Below are positions 23,328 to 34,959 of a stretch of DNA of 64,000 bases, piece after piece (position 1 is the stretch's first letter; every line of letters begins with the position of its first letter). The stretch comes from Macrostomum lignano. Taxonomy: Eukaryota. The notes under the pieces were generated by a model. The model made no database searches, was not told where the DNA came from, and worked only from the letters and a program-made list of their open reading frames with translations. Made by a program: the position numbers and the translations under genes. Location of the stretch: contig NIVC01000988.1 in the NCBI GenBank assembly GCA_002269645.1, forward strand, positions 124,001-188,000. Reading direction: 5' to 3'.

Positions 23328-24119
23328 GACTGTGCCTTGGGGTTGCACCTCAGGCGTGTGAATCCTGAAATTACGATCCTGAAATTGGTTAAGACAAAGC
23401 TCTCAATGAGAGCTGCCTTTGAAATTTCTTGAAAGCCCGCACGAGCGTAAAACCTAAAAAATGGTTTGTATTTTTGTATCAAAATGGCACCTGTTAATAG
23501 CCGCCTAAGTCCACTTAAGTGCTCGTGAATTCCAATGTCCCACCTAGTAAAACAGTAGTTTACAGTGCTCTCACCGTGAATGTCCTCAATTATTCCCACG
23601 CTAATTCTTTACTTCCTCAATCTTGAATAAGCAGCAGGGTTGGATTTTTCATTTCGAAAGCACTCGAGATAAAACTAGACAGCATTAGTTTAATCCCCTG
23701 GATACAAAATATTCCTTAGTTCCTCATCAACCGGGGCCGTTCCATTAAATAATTCATTCACGAGGACTAGTTGAAACTCTCGAGTCCACTCTGATTGATT
23801 GCATCCTTTTCAACAGGCCGCATGGGATGTTGGTTATTAGAGAAAATATCAAATTCTCTATCGATAAGTGGGGAAAGTGGTCCATTAGGCCAGGGCTAAT
23901 ATAATGCTAATATCATGATACACTAAAATTTTATTTGAATTTCGGCCATTAAGGACCCGCTTATTAATAGATGAGAATGCAACTGGGATTATGGATAAAA
24001 AAAGATATATGAGCTTCTATTAATGCGCTTTAATGTACAATTGGTAAGCAGCTGTTAGTGTTACTTGTACGAGCGTATTTACATTGCCTAAAAGTAAAGT
24101 AAGGGAGTTTTCATTTGAG

Positions 24120-24505
24120 GTCTTTAGAACAAGGGGTTTTAGCATCAGGGGCTTAAACACCAGGGGCTTTAACACCAGGTGCTTTAACACCAGGGGATTT
24201 AGCACCAACGGGGTTTAGAATCAAGGGCTTTAGCACCAAGGGGCTTTAGCACCAGGGGCTTTAGCACCAGGGGCTTTAGCACCAAGGAGCTTTAGCACCA
24301 GGGGATTTATCATCACCGACTTTAGCACCAGGGGCTTAAACACCAGGCGCTTTAGCACCAGGGACTTTATCATAACCGACTTTAGCACCAGGGGCTTAAA
24401 CACCAGGCGCTTTAGCACCAGGGACTTTATCATCACCGACTTTAGCACCAGGGGCTTAAACACCAGGGGCTTTAGCACCAGGGGCTTTAGTACCAGGGGC
24501 GTCAG
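24120..24505. repeat. 15-bp minisatellite, same family as 51408-51985 in opposite orientation
   Basis: (ccaggggctttagca)n with higher-order 60-bp variants. Confidence 0.88.
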
Positions 24506-26698
24506 CGTCAGAAGCTAGCTATCTTACAGAACTTTTACTGACACAACATCAACAAGTCACCAACCATTGCTTCAATAAATACACAATCGTAACATTTTTT
24601 ATTTGTATCATAACAGAATGCATCTCTACAATAATCGAATCCTACAAAATTGATTGTGAGTTACTTAAAACGCAGACGCTGCCTCCGTTTCTTTTAAGAA
24701 AATTCAGATAACGAATAAAAGCAATTTATTACTGGAATTATTAACCAACTCGGTGCCTTTATACTACAAGTTTCGATGAAATAAAACCATCTTTTATGGA
24801 AAAACAACTCGAAAGACTCTAGTGGTCTAAGAGGTTGGCGTCTCGCTTGGAGCATTCATAAATTCTCACCTTGACAGCTTGTGTCGGTGCAGACAGAAAG
24901 ATGGATTAGATGCTACTATTGAGGGGGGCCAGAGACCGCGAGCGGGACAGGACGGACAAGTAAGAACTGTGCATGTGCTCTGGCGGGTGGACAGCGGGTG
25001 CCCACCCTCGAATCCGCCAGTCACCCACTCTCCCCCCAAGATAACTAACTGTGTTCTCTCTGTTGTTCTCGTTCGATTCATTATGATTAAACATTATTTC
25101 TTTCTATATTCTACACAAGCAAGCTCAGCGAGGTGCACAGACGGTGAGGGTGTCTGCAAAGATCTTGTCTCTGTGTGTGTGTCTGTTTTTTTCTGCAGCC
25201 GACAGATCCTTTCAGCGGCTATTTTCTGAGCTGAGCGCTACTGTCTTATCTGTTGTGTTCTTTGCCCGAGGGGTTGAAGCGGTCCAACCCACAGCTAGGG
25301 CATGGCTGATGAGACACAGGGAGGGACAGACTGAGAGAAGTTGGCCGGTTTAACAGATTTCTGGTCTAGAATTTTCAGCTAAACTTTGACGCGCTGCGGT
25401 GAGAGACAGCTGTATGAGTCTGCGAATCGCTTAGGCAAGAATCTCTTTTTACTGACTGTAACCCCACCCACCCCATCGACCAGCCAGTCCTCTCTCGCTG
25501 CTCAAGCACTGGCTCGAAAACCCACCCACCCCAACTCCCCACTTTTTTCTCTATTTTTTATGCTTGCTTTATCAGCGCTTCTTCCCGCCATGCTTTAAAG
25601 AGGTATTTTTGACACAGATTGGCTTTCTCTTCTATTTTGCTCAACAGGAACAACTCAACTCACACTGACTCGGTTTTATTATTTTTACTACCAGCAGGTT
25701 GTTATCCACTGCCACCGTTTCTGGCTCAGTGAATATAGGGGATTTAAATAATCAAACATTTAAAGACAAAACTAATCAACAAGTTATCCAGGTAATCGGT
25801 TTGATTGAATTGTTGGATTTGTTACCGTTGGAACAATTAACATAAATTAATCACGTCAATTTGAAAGCATTGGCTTCCATGTGTCTTAGCTGGTAGGTGT
25901 CGCATTCCAAGTCCTTGCCCAATTTTCTCTCTGTCAGTGGCCACGTCGTGTTCAATGTTTGCTCTGACGCAAACTCAACCAGTCCAAATTTCTCGTCCCA
26001 AGCTTTCGTAGGGACTGTGTTTAGCTTTTGTCTGACCGACTCTCTGCTTTAGTAAAAGCAGCAAAGAACTAACAAATCTTTGTCAAGGCATAGAGAGATA
26101 GAAGCTACTGCAAGTTGCGAGATTCTGTGAAGTTTTAAAATTACATCGGAAGCCTCCTCACACACACACACATCTAGCCACACCATATTTTCAATTTTAG
26201 CACGAACTCCTAAGTGTGCGATGTGCAAATACTTGTTTGTCGCACACTACGAGTAATTCGACGCTTTTAAATTTAGGCTTCAAGCTTTCTTCAGTTTTCC
26301 GATTGTTGTTCCTTACAAATGCTTTTTTGTGAATACTAACAAGTGCCTCCTCCCAGTAGCTAAACTATTCTTTAAACTAGCTACTCATTGGGCCCAAACA
26401 GGAACAAAGACAAAGGATCTCGATGGTAGACAAAGAAAAAGAGATATCGAGCGACAGAGAAACACCCTTTAACTGAGTTACGAGCTATCATCGAGCTAGC
26501 AAGAATTTTGTGCCACTTTGTACGTTTTTTATTTAACTTTTTCTTCGATTTCTTTGGATTCTTTTGTATTTATCGTAGCGCAAGATCAAAGCGGACTCTC
26601 TTATTGATCTCTACGCTCCTTCCCAAAGCAAAAATCTTTCCCTACTACATGTTTGAACCGCAGTGCTTGATTCAAAACCCCGCAGGTCCAGCACATAA

Positions 26699-27817
26699 AT
26701 GACCAGCGCCAGTTCCGCAGCGAGTGTCCCGACTGCCGGTCCGGATTCGTTAAACGACGCGTCGTCCTCGGCAGACATCTGTCGCGACTTTCTTCGTCAC
26801 GTGTGCAAGCGGGGCCGGCGGTGTCGCTACCGACATCCCGAGTCAGCCGGCTCGTCGGCCTCCTCGCCGCCTGCAGTGCCGTCATCTTCGTCCGCTGATT
26901 CGTCACCAACTGCGGCAGCCGCGCTGCTAGTGTTCTGCCACGACTATCAGAACGGCGGCTGTCAGAGGCAGGCCTGCAGGTTCGTTCACTGCAGCCGCGA
27001 GGAGGAGGCCCTGTTCAGAGCCACCGGCCGTCTGCCAGAGCGGCTGCTCACCGGCCTGCCCAGCGACCTACTCGCTTTGGCCTGTCAAGACGAGCCGCCG
27101 GTCTGCAAGGATCACCTCAAAGGCGAGTGCAAGAGAGGCGCCAGGTGCAGATTTCGTCATCTGGACGCCAATGCGACCACGGCCGGATCTGTGACCACAC
27201 CGGCCGCAGCAGCGGCAGCAGCAGCAGCGGCAGCCGCCGCAGCAGCTTCGATGCCGACACTTCTACTGCCATCGGACTTACTAACTCAGGCCGTGACGCC
27301 GACCTTGGACCCGTCGTCGGCCATGATGATGATGCTCGGCAGCGGGGTTGGCTTCGGAGAAGCTCCGCTGTTGAAGAGACCTCGGTTGGACTTTGAAGCT
27401 CATCATCATCATCAGCAGCAGCAGTTCGCTCCTTTGACATTCCTGGCCGGGGCACCGCAGCCTCAGCCGCCACCAGCTGGACTAGCAATGGACGCAACTG
27501 TTTCAACCTTGCAGGCTGAAAACGCTTCGCTTCGTCGTCGATTGGAAGAGCTTCGACGTCAGTGCTTGGAACTGACGGCCGCCAATGAGCTGCTCAACCA
27601 GCAAAATGTCCGCCTTAGGCAGCAGCATCAGGTGGCACCGCAAACCTCTCAGCAACAACCGCAGCAGCCACAGTTCGACCCTCTGTCAGCAGCGACAGCC
27701 GTTTCTTTGGCAAGCTTTGCCGATTTCGCGAGCGCAGCATCGATGTTTGCATTACCGCAGCAGCAGCATTCGACAACAGTCAGCGTAAGCAAGTCCCAGA
27801 TAAACCCACCGCAGTAA
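26699..27817 (+). CDS. ZC3H10: Zinc finger CCCH domain-containing protein 10 orthologue, single coding exon, 372 aa
   Basis: Three CCCH fingers: ICRDFLRHVCKRGRRCRYRHP, FCHDYQNGGCQRQACRFVH followed by EEEALFRATGRLP, and VCKDHLKGECKRGARCRFRH. C-terminal coiled coil LQAENASLRRRLEELRRQCLELTAANELLNQQN matches ZC3H10 architecture. Upstream acceptor ccccgcag at ~26685; AATAAA at 27979. Confidence 0.9.
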   Translation: MTSASSAASVPTAGPDSLNDASSSADICRDFLRHVCKRGRRCRYRHPESAGSSASSPPAVPSSSSADSSPTAAAALLVFCHDYQNGGCQRQACRFVHCSREEEALFRATGRLPERLLTGLPSDLLALACQDEPPVCKDHLKGECKRGARCRFRHLDANATTAGSVTTPAAAAAAAAAAAAAAASMPTLLLPSDLLTQAVTPTLDPSSAMMMMLGSGVGFGEAPLLKRPRLDFEAHHHHQQQQFAPLTFLAGAPQPQPPPAGLAMDATVSTLQAENASLRRRLEELRRQCLELTAANELLNQQNVRLRQQHQVAPQTSQQQPQQPQFDPLSAATAVSLASFADFASAASMFALPQQQHSTTVSVSKSQINPPQ

Positions 27818-28994
27818 CGAGCTTCCAATTCCTGATAATAATATTTTCTCGAGCGTGAATAACATGTCTATGCTGACTTTACATACTAGTTACTTTTGGA
27901 CCATCACTTAATATAGACCCTCTCTTTGCGTTGACACAAATTGTAAATAGAGCCGCTGCTTTGAAGGCTAAATAATTTAATAAATCATATTATCACTAAT
28001 TAATAATGGAATCTTGCTTACGATTGAAGGTATACCTCTGTAATTGAACTAGTTTATCTATGCGATCTGTTTATCCAATTAAACTACGAGAGTTTGATTG
28101 ATTGAGTACAGTAAATCAATGATTTGATATTGTTGACAAGCGCAACTGTCGTGATTTAATATCCACTGAATACGCTCAATAATCCACGACCTAATTTTGG
28201 AAGCTGCGCGCGTCCTTCTCCACATTTCTCAATGATTTTAGGTAAATACAAAAAATAGTTGCGAGAAAGTTAATTTAAAATTAATTGCTAAATTATATGT
28301 TGCCTCAAATAAACTGACTGATATTCTTGATATTGCCCAATATCTAGTTCGACCTGATTAATTTAAATTTTGCCTTCTCAAACTACCTCATTTAGAGTTT
28401 TATTGCCTAAAATTGCTATAAAACTTTTTTTCAGCGAAACATTTCCTGAAATAAATATTAGAGAGCTCTACTAATGCGCTTGTAGCGTAGAGCTAACTGT
28501 ATAAAACAACTATTTACTAACAAAATTTTCATAATAAGCAAATGGAAACCTTAGAGCGGCAGTAGTCAATAACGCGTATGATCAAATACACAGATACGCC
28601 AGTGACAAATTTTATGAAATGTCTAAAGCTTTATTAACAAAAAGCTCTGATTCAAATAGATGCATACATAAAGTGTTTGAAACCACCTGTGTACTTTACT
28701 AGACTAACAGAATTGGAGAAGCAATTCATTTTTTACAAGCCGTTTGGATAAGGAAAATACTAATCGCTCTATAGGCGTACACAACAACACGTTTAATATC
28801 CTTCTTTGCACGAAATATGAATTTGAAAAAATAGCTTCATAACCATAAAATATCTCATATAGCAACATTAGTTGCTATGCTGGATGCATACTGACTGGCT
28901 GCGTCAGTCGAAAAAAGAAGGATAGGAGTAAAACTGTAAGTTAATGGTTCAATAGGCTTGGACCTTGCACTCTCTGGCAATTTTTCTCGCAGAT

Positions 28995-31900
28995 TCAGTT
29001 CAGCTGCAAGTACTGAGCAGGCACCAGGCCTCGTTTTCCATTCACCTCAGCGTTGTACATTCCGTCAGGCCTGATTGGGCCGAACGTTGTGACATCGTCG
29101 CCTCGATGCAGCTCAAGCTCGTAGGAGGGAAATGCTGAGGGCGAGTTCAGTCCAGGCTGATAGTCATATAGAGCTTTGCGCACCAGCGGCTGAGGCACCA
29201 CAGAGTTTGCATCCACGATGCGGGCCGATGGCAGCTCCGGCTGTTGCTGTTGCTGCTGCTGCTGCTGCTGCGGATGCTGCTGCTGTGAGGAAGTACTTTT
29301 ATACACGGGTTCCTCCTGTTCAGGCTCAGCTCCAATAGGGGTTTCATCTTTTGCATTAGTGTGGGATGGAGCAGGCTCCTTCTGCTGCGCTTGTAGCGAC
29401 TCACTCGGATCGATGCTAATCCGCGCCATATCAGATACCTCACCGTCATAGCCATAGCATTGTACTGCCACGGTATTCACAGGTAGCCCGATGCCTCGAG
29501 ACACCAGCGCCTTAGTTAGTCGCGAACTGCCAACAGACTGTTCCTCGATTTCATTGATGAAAATTTTATATCCGGCGACAACAATAGAACGATTGCGGTC
29601 TAGCTGATCTAGATCTGGTGTGTCCCACTCGACCAGAATGCTTCCATCCGCTAGCGTTCTAGCGTGTAAATTTGTTGGGGGATCCAGATGTGCTGTCTCT
29701 GATGATTCCTGCTCTGGTCGTTCATCGGATTTTTCTGGACTTTGGCGTCTGGGCTCATGGCCCCTCGCTGAGGGTGAATCTTCTCTGCTACTGTATTCAG
29801 GTTTTTCTTCATTTGTTTTTGGCTGACCTTCGTCTGGATCTGAGCTGTACTCAAGTGGCTTGAATCTCTGAGGACTCTGCTGACTTCTTGGCTCATAGTT
29901 CTGTGGTTCGGTATTGGTGGGTTGTTGGTCGTAAGATCGAGGATCTTGTCTCTGAGGACTCTGCTGACGTCTTGGCTCATAGTTCTGTGGTTCGGTATTG
30001 GTGGGTTGTTGGTCGTAAGATCTAGGATCTTGTCTCTGCGGACTCTGCTGACGTCTTGGCTCATAGTTCTGTGGTTCGGTATTGGTGGGTTGTTGGTCGT
30101 AAGATCTAGGATCTTGTCTCTGCGGACTCTGCTGACGTCTTGGCTCATAGTTCTGTGGTTCGGTATTGGTGGGTTGTTGGTCGTAAGATCGAGGATCTTG
30201 TCTCTGCGGACTCTGCTGACGTCTTGGCTCATAGTTCTGTGGTTCGGTATTGGTGGGTTGTTGGTTGTAAGATCGAGGATCTTGTCTCTGAGGACTCTGC
30301 TGACGTCTTGCAATCTGTGGTTCAATACTGCTAGAAGGCTGCTGATGATACGCAGGGTTTGTATTGCGACTAGGGCTCCCACGATGCACAGGTTCGTATG
30401 TTTTTTGTTCTGGAATGTCGCTGAGTCTTTTCATTGGTTTTTCATTTATTCCAGGACTTGTATTATTATAACGCTCTGGATCATGTACTTGTTGATCATT
30501 TCTGCGACTTCTGGGGCTTCCACGATTTTCTGGCCCACTAGTTCCGCCATCCTGACGTGCTGGACTGCGATTTGGGCTTTTTTCATTGCGCGGACTCCGG
30601 TATCGCCCAGGCGCACCGACTTTCGATTGCTCAGCAGCAGGTTGCATTGATGGCAGTCGTTGACTTGGGCCCTGTGTATTCGTGAAAGACTTGCTAGGTA
30701 CTTTCTTGTCATCAGATTTACTTGGATCTTTGTGAGCTATTGATTGGGGAGCTACTGGTTGCAGTGCTCGCTTGGCCGGTTCATATGCAGCGATGGGAGA
30801 ATTGTTGTCTGCACCCATCCTGGTATCCCTTCGCGATGAATGTGGGTGCGCTTCATCAGCACTAGTAAGTTCAGCAGGGTCCAAGTAGTCCTCGGCAAAG
30901 CGACCCTGATTACGATCGGCCTCTTGAAGAAGCTCGCGTGGAAGGCGATCTGCGCCAGAGCGCAGCTCGTTTGCTAGTCGCCGGATGAGATCATCCTTTT
31001 CCTTGCACCGGTTTTGCAGTTTTTCAATACGGGGTCGGAGCTTTGCTAGAGCCATTTCATCTGCCTTCAGAGCTTTATCAACCTCTTCATAGCGCTGTTT
31101 CAATCTACAAAAATCACCGTCCAGATCACGATAGAATTGGTTCTCCTTTTCTAACTCGCTCAAGACCTCTTGCAGTCTGTTTATCTCTCTCTTATTCCCA
31201 GCATCGTCTGCTTGCATACCCTTCACCCGGTCCCGAAGCTGCTGCGTCTGGGACTGTAGATCCCGATGCTCCTTAAGTACCTGATTTTTGTCTTTGAGCG
31301 CCGACTTCAGGTCGGTCACCAGATCGTCCAGCACTTCTTTGTCCTTTTTGATGGCCTCTAGTTGTGCGACTTTGCTTTCCAGAGTACGAACAGCTTCCGC
31401 CATGTATGCCTTTTCGTCCTGAAGATTTCGACACTTCTCTCTGACATCTGATAGCTGTTTATTCTGATCCCGAAGCAGCTTAGCCTCACGATCTGCAGCC
31501 TTTGCATGGCTATCAGCCACAGCAAGCTCGTTTTTTAAACTAGCAACAGTTTGATTTGCCGTTGACAGTTCACCTGACAGTTGGCTGATCTTCTCTTCTT
31601 TGGCTTTTATCTCGCGTTCCTTGCGAGTCTGCGCGCCCTGCAGGTTGCGAACCTCGTTTCGCAACGCGTCTGTCTCTAAGCTAGCTGCCGCCAGCTCGTC
31701 CTTAGCTCTGTCTAGCTCTTCGCTCACAGTCTGCAATCTTTCACCCTCTCGGAGAGCTCGCTGAGCCGCGAGCACGCGCTCCAGATTATCAACTTCCGAT
31801 TGCAGTTGCATGACAAGCCTCTCGCGATCAGCTCCAGACTCAGTCAGTCGGCCCACCTCGCTTGTCAACTCAGATAAAATTTTCTCTTGACTAGCGATAA

Positions 31901-32645
31901 TGCGCTCCTTGTCTTTTATAGCTTGCCGTAGGGCAAATGCCTCGTCAGTTGTCTTCAACTTTCGGTTCATTTGCTGCTCAATGTATCGATTGGCTTCTAG
32001 CTCTCGCGCTTTGACCCGATTCTCAGCCCTTAGATTGCTCATTTGCTCCTCCAGATGACGCTGTCGACGTTCTCTATCTCTGTCCAAGTCGCTCGTGTCA
32101 GTCTGCGCGTGGCGTCGAACTAATGGCCCAGACGATCGCGCCAAATTAGATTGACGCAACTGCCGGTCTAACCAAGGTGATGTTCCGACATGCGACGACT
32201 CGAACGGTCGTTCCGCTTCGCGCCTCATTCCATTGGGGTTGCCAGCCAGGTCCCCATTCATGTCATTGTCCTCATAGTCATCGTCTAGAAGAACTTCTGC
32301 AGCTGCGTGGCCAAGTGAATCAGCATCACCCGTTGCGGTAGCGTTTGGCCAGTCGGAAGCCTCAGGCGGCAGTGACGGGCTAGTCAGGTAGAATCGATCG
32401 GCGTCATTGTAGCCGATTGGTGGTGGCAGCGAGTCCGATCTAGCCATCGCGCCATGTAGCGCGTGCCTTCGTTGACGCTCTTGCAGGGTCGGCTTCTTTG
32501 GGACCGGAGGAGGAGCCGGTTTCTTGACTGGCCATGGTGCTGGCTGTTGCTGCGACTGACGACCCAGTCGCTTTGCAGAAGGCCCTCTAGATACAGTACT
32601 TTTAGAAGCCATTGTATGCTTTGTCTGGACAGTTAGATCTTTCAT
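28995..32645 (-). CDS. Intronless RIMS-binding protein (RIMBP)-like protein: coiled coil, 28-aa tandem repeats, FN3, SH3; 1216 aa
   Basis: Uninterrupted 3651-nt ORF. Long heptad region; FN3 LDPPTNLHARTLADGSILVEWD...VAGYKIFIN; C-terminal SH3 ALYDYQPGLNSP...ELELHRGDDVTTFGPIRPDGMYNAEVNGKRGLVPAQYL resembles the RIMBP-type SH3 (YDYDP..SP). Minus-strand AATAAA at 28630-28635. Start may be the second Met (32612). Confidence 0.85.
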   Translation of the reverse strand: MKDLTVQTKHTMASKSTVSRGPSAKRLGRQSQQQPAPWPVKKPAPPPVPKKPTLQERQRRHALHGAMARSDSLPPPIGYNDADRFYLTSPSLPPEASDWPNATATGDADSLGHAAAEVLLDDDYEDNDMNGDLAGNPNGMRREAERPFESSHVGTSPWLDRQLRQSNLARSSGPLVRRHAQTDTSDLDRDRERRQRHLEEQMSNLRAENRVKARELEANRYIEQQMNRKLKTTDEAFALRQAIKDKERIIASQEKILSELTSEVGRLTESGADRERLVMQLQSEVDNLERVLAAQRALREGERLQTVSEELDRAKDELAAASLETDALRNEVRNLQGAQTRKEREIKAKEEKISQLSGELSTANQTVASLKNELAVADSHAKAADREAKLLRDQNKQLSDVREKCRNLQDEKAYMAEAVRTLESKVAQLEAIKKDKEVLDDLVTDLKSALKDKNQVLKEHRDLQSQTQQLRDRVKGMQADDAGNKREINRLQEVLSELEKENQFYRDLDGDFCRLKQRYEEVDKALKADEMALAKLRPRIEKLQNRCKEKDDLIRRLANELRSGADRLPRELLQEADRNQGRFAEDYLDPAELTSADEAHPHSSRRDTRMGADNNSPIAAYEPAKRALQPVAPQSIAHKDPSKSDDKKVPSKSFTNTQGPSQRLPSMQPAAEQSKVGAPGRYRSPRNEKSPNRSPARQDGGTSGPENRGSPRSRRNDQQVHDPERYNNTSPGINEKPMKRLSDIPEQKTYEPVHRGSPSRNTNPAYHQQPSSSIEPQIARRQQSPQRQDPRSYNQQPTNTEPQNYEPRRQQSPQRQDPRSYDQQPTNTEPQNYEPRRQQSPQRQDPRSYDQQPTNTEPQNYEPRRQQSPQRQDPRSYDQQPTNTEPQNYEPRRQQSPQRQDPRSYDQQPTNTEPQNYEPRSQQSPQRFKPLEYSSDPDEGQPKTNEEKPEYSSREDSPSARGHEPRRQSPEKSDERPEQESSETAHLDPPTNLHARTLADGSILVEWDTPDLDQLDRNRSIVVAGYKIFINEIEEQSVGSSRLTKALVSRGIGLPVNTVAVQCYGYDGEVSDMARISIDPSESLQAQQKEPAPSHTNAKDETPIGAEPEQEEPVYKSTSSQQQHPQQQQQQQQQQPELPSARIVDANSVVPQPLVRKALYDYQPGLNSPSAFPSYELELHRGDDVTTFGPIRPDGMYNAEVNGKRGLVPAQYLQLN
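29865..30308 (-). repeat. 84-bp coding tandem repeat (28 aa, about 5.3 copies) inside the RIMBP-like ORF
   Basis: RRQQSPQRQDPRSYDQQPTNTEPQNYEP x5 plus a partial copy; DNA period 84 (ggatcttgtc at 29941 and 30025). Confidence 0.95.
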
Positions 32646-34570
32646 TGCGTTTCGAAATTTATTAGGCGTATTTAAATTCCATGAAGTATTGATTATTTAA
32701 TGTATGACGCACCTCAAACCTAACGGAACAGACGCGTTGAACAGGCGCGGGAAACGCCCCTCGGAGAAATTTTGAGGCAAGCTACGAGCGTATTTGCGTG
32801 TGCGACCCTCCCCTGACACAACTGTGCGCCGAACACATGTCCACTATTACCTTTCCTGCGCCCTACACTAGACAAGGTGGAAGTCAGACACGCGAGGTTT
32901 TCCCTAATAATTCTCGCAAAAGAAATGAGTTTGGAATTAACTTCTACTGCGAGCCTTCGTACCCTCAATATGAAAAGGATCAGATCCCTCAGTCTATGCA
33001 CCGCCGCTCTCTTCCTCTTGGCCCTGGAATTTCCTTCTGATCTGTGATCCTGCTCAAGCCTGCTCTAGCTTTATTCCTGCTCATAACTGACCAACCTATT
33101 TGATCTTCACTGCTTTCGAGAGGGCTATGAAAATTCGAGTTGCTTTTGACTCGACGAAATCTTGTGACAGAAACTATCAATATAATAGAAGTATTCTTTA
33201 GTAGAACTTATAGTAATTTTCATAACTAATTATTTATTAATGATTCGATTTTCCATTTAAATTATCCGTTCTTTATGTCCTATAAACCTTGATAAAAGGA
33301 CAAATACAAAATACATACCACGCAGTACGTAGGATTATGGAATACTTGAATTCGTGTAATGTAGGCCGCAAAAAGTGTTTTTTTGACGAATGGAATGCTC
33401 TATAGAGACTCATTGGTACACTTTCCAGGTCACCGTCACGAGGTGGATACGGAGCCTAGCAAATTGTTGTGGTTTAGTCATTACCGGGTACTTTCACGGC
33501 TTGACTTATAGCCTGGTTGCTTACCCAGGATTCGAAATCTTTTACAAGCTATAGGCAATAAATAAAGTAGATATGAAGCTTCGGGTTACTCGTACTACAG
33601 TCTTCCAGCATTAGGGGTTGGTTAAAAACTTGCAAAGCTTTCCTAAAGTTACTACTAGAAATAATACCTATCAAATTTGACATGTGATTGCTGATATGCA
33701 CACAAAATTATTGCAACAAAGGGCATAACTGTGTCATTGCTTTTTTCGATAAAGATTCACTCTTTGACAGTCTTGACTTTATCAGAAGTTTCCGTAGTTT
33801 GCCATGCTGTATCGCGGTCTCCATGAAGTAGCGCTTTTATGATGTGTAGAACTTGCGATTTGCGCAGCCATCAAAGAAGAAAATAAAGTCACGGAATAAA
33901 ACTATCATCGTCTTTTGAAGCTTGGTCGAAACATTAAAAGTACTAAAGACTCGCTTTTGTATTAAAATATTGCGGCAATACGAGCTATTCCAGCACGGCA
34001 AAATTTAATCTCAAACTAGCTAATGTGACTTACAAGAACTGAAGTTCTAGAACATTACTGAAAACTTATTTTTAAACAACACACTCTACTCTGTCTAGAA
34101 AAAATTCATTTTTTCCTTCCTTAGGGGTTGATTACGCTTCCTGCAGTCAGGATTCCAATAAAGTTAAAATTCAGATTTTCTAACAAATAGATGTTATCCA
34201 GCCCCCCCCGGCACCTCACTTCCTGACGATTCAACTCAACGCTCTTATCCCTTAGTCTCATCTTAATCCTTGTCTACAATTCAATTTTTATTATTAAACC
34301 CTCTGGACAGAAAATATAAAATTCAAACAGATTGATTTTTTAGTTGACTCTCTTAGCAGAAAAGGAAATTAGTTAGGGAGGCATCACGCTTGGAACGCGT
34401 GACAGCGCTTACCGACTTGTTTTAGCCGTCTGTCTGTCTGTTTTAATTTGTCCACCGGCCATCTACCCGACCTTTAGGTGTATCCTCCAGACTCAGCTAG
34501 TTTTTTTTTATATCCTTCATCAGTGCAGACGCTCATTGGTTCGCGGCTGTCATATCTGTGTGCGGGTTGA

Positions 34571-34586
34571 CCAATTCGCTATAAAT
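34571..34586 (+). promoter_or_regulatory. CCAAT and TATA box of the small secreted-peptide gene
   Basis: ccaat at 34571 and tataaat at 34580, about 130 nt upstream of the ATG at 34714. Confidence 0.5.
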
Positions 34587-34713
34587 TCGCTGCTCACTGT
34601 CTGCGCACTGACGCGCTCTCTGCGATAACCTCGCTGCATCTACAAACGAGATACATCTACATCGAGGTAGAATAGCTACCGAACCAAGATACAGAAATCT
34701 GCTTAGCGCTACG

Positions 34714-34959
34714 ATGTTTCGCGGTGCATCAATCTTACTAGCTCTAGTAGTTGTGGCCGCTGCCATGTCAACCCTGTGCAGCGTCGGATCAGCTGCTCCG
34801 GCGTCAGCTGACTTCGGCCAGTTTGGCAACTTTGACGGCGCATCCCGCGGCGACGATCAAGTCGACCTGATGGCCCTGCGAGGCCTACTGGAGCGAATTA
34901 GCCGACTGCAGACTGTGCGCAAACGAGGCCCAGAGCTCATCATCGAGAAGCTGACCTAA
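34714..34959 (+). CDS. Candidate neuropeptide/prohormone precursor, 81 aa, single exon
   Basis: Signal-peptide-like N-terminus MFRGASILLALVVVAAAMSTLCSVGSA, acidic spacer, dibasic KR site, then C-terminal GPELIIEKLT. TATA upstream; AATAAA at 35054 and 35069. GC-rich ORF in AT-rich flanks. Confidence 0.72.
   Translation: MFRGASILLALVVVAAAMSTLCSVGSAAPASADFGQFGNFDGASRGDDQVDLMALRGLLERISRLQTVRKRGPELIIEKLT

Noticed and set aside
22737-23361. Long ORFs in three frames (MIPNS, VWDHR, IIEFG repeats)
   Set aside because: They are translations of a 15-bp minisatellite; a period divisible by 3 with no stop codon gives open frames without implying coding.
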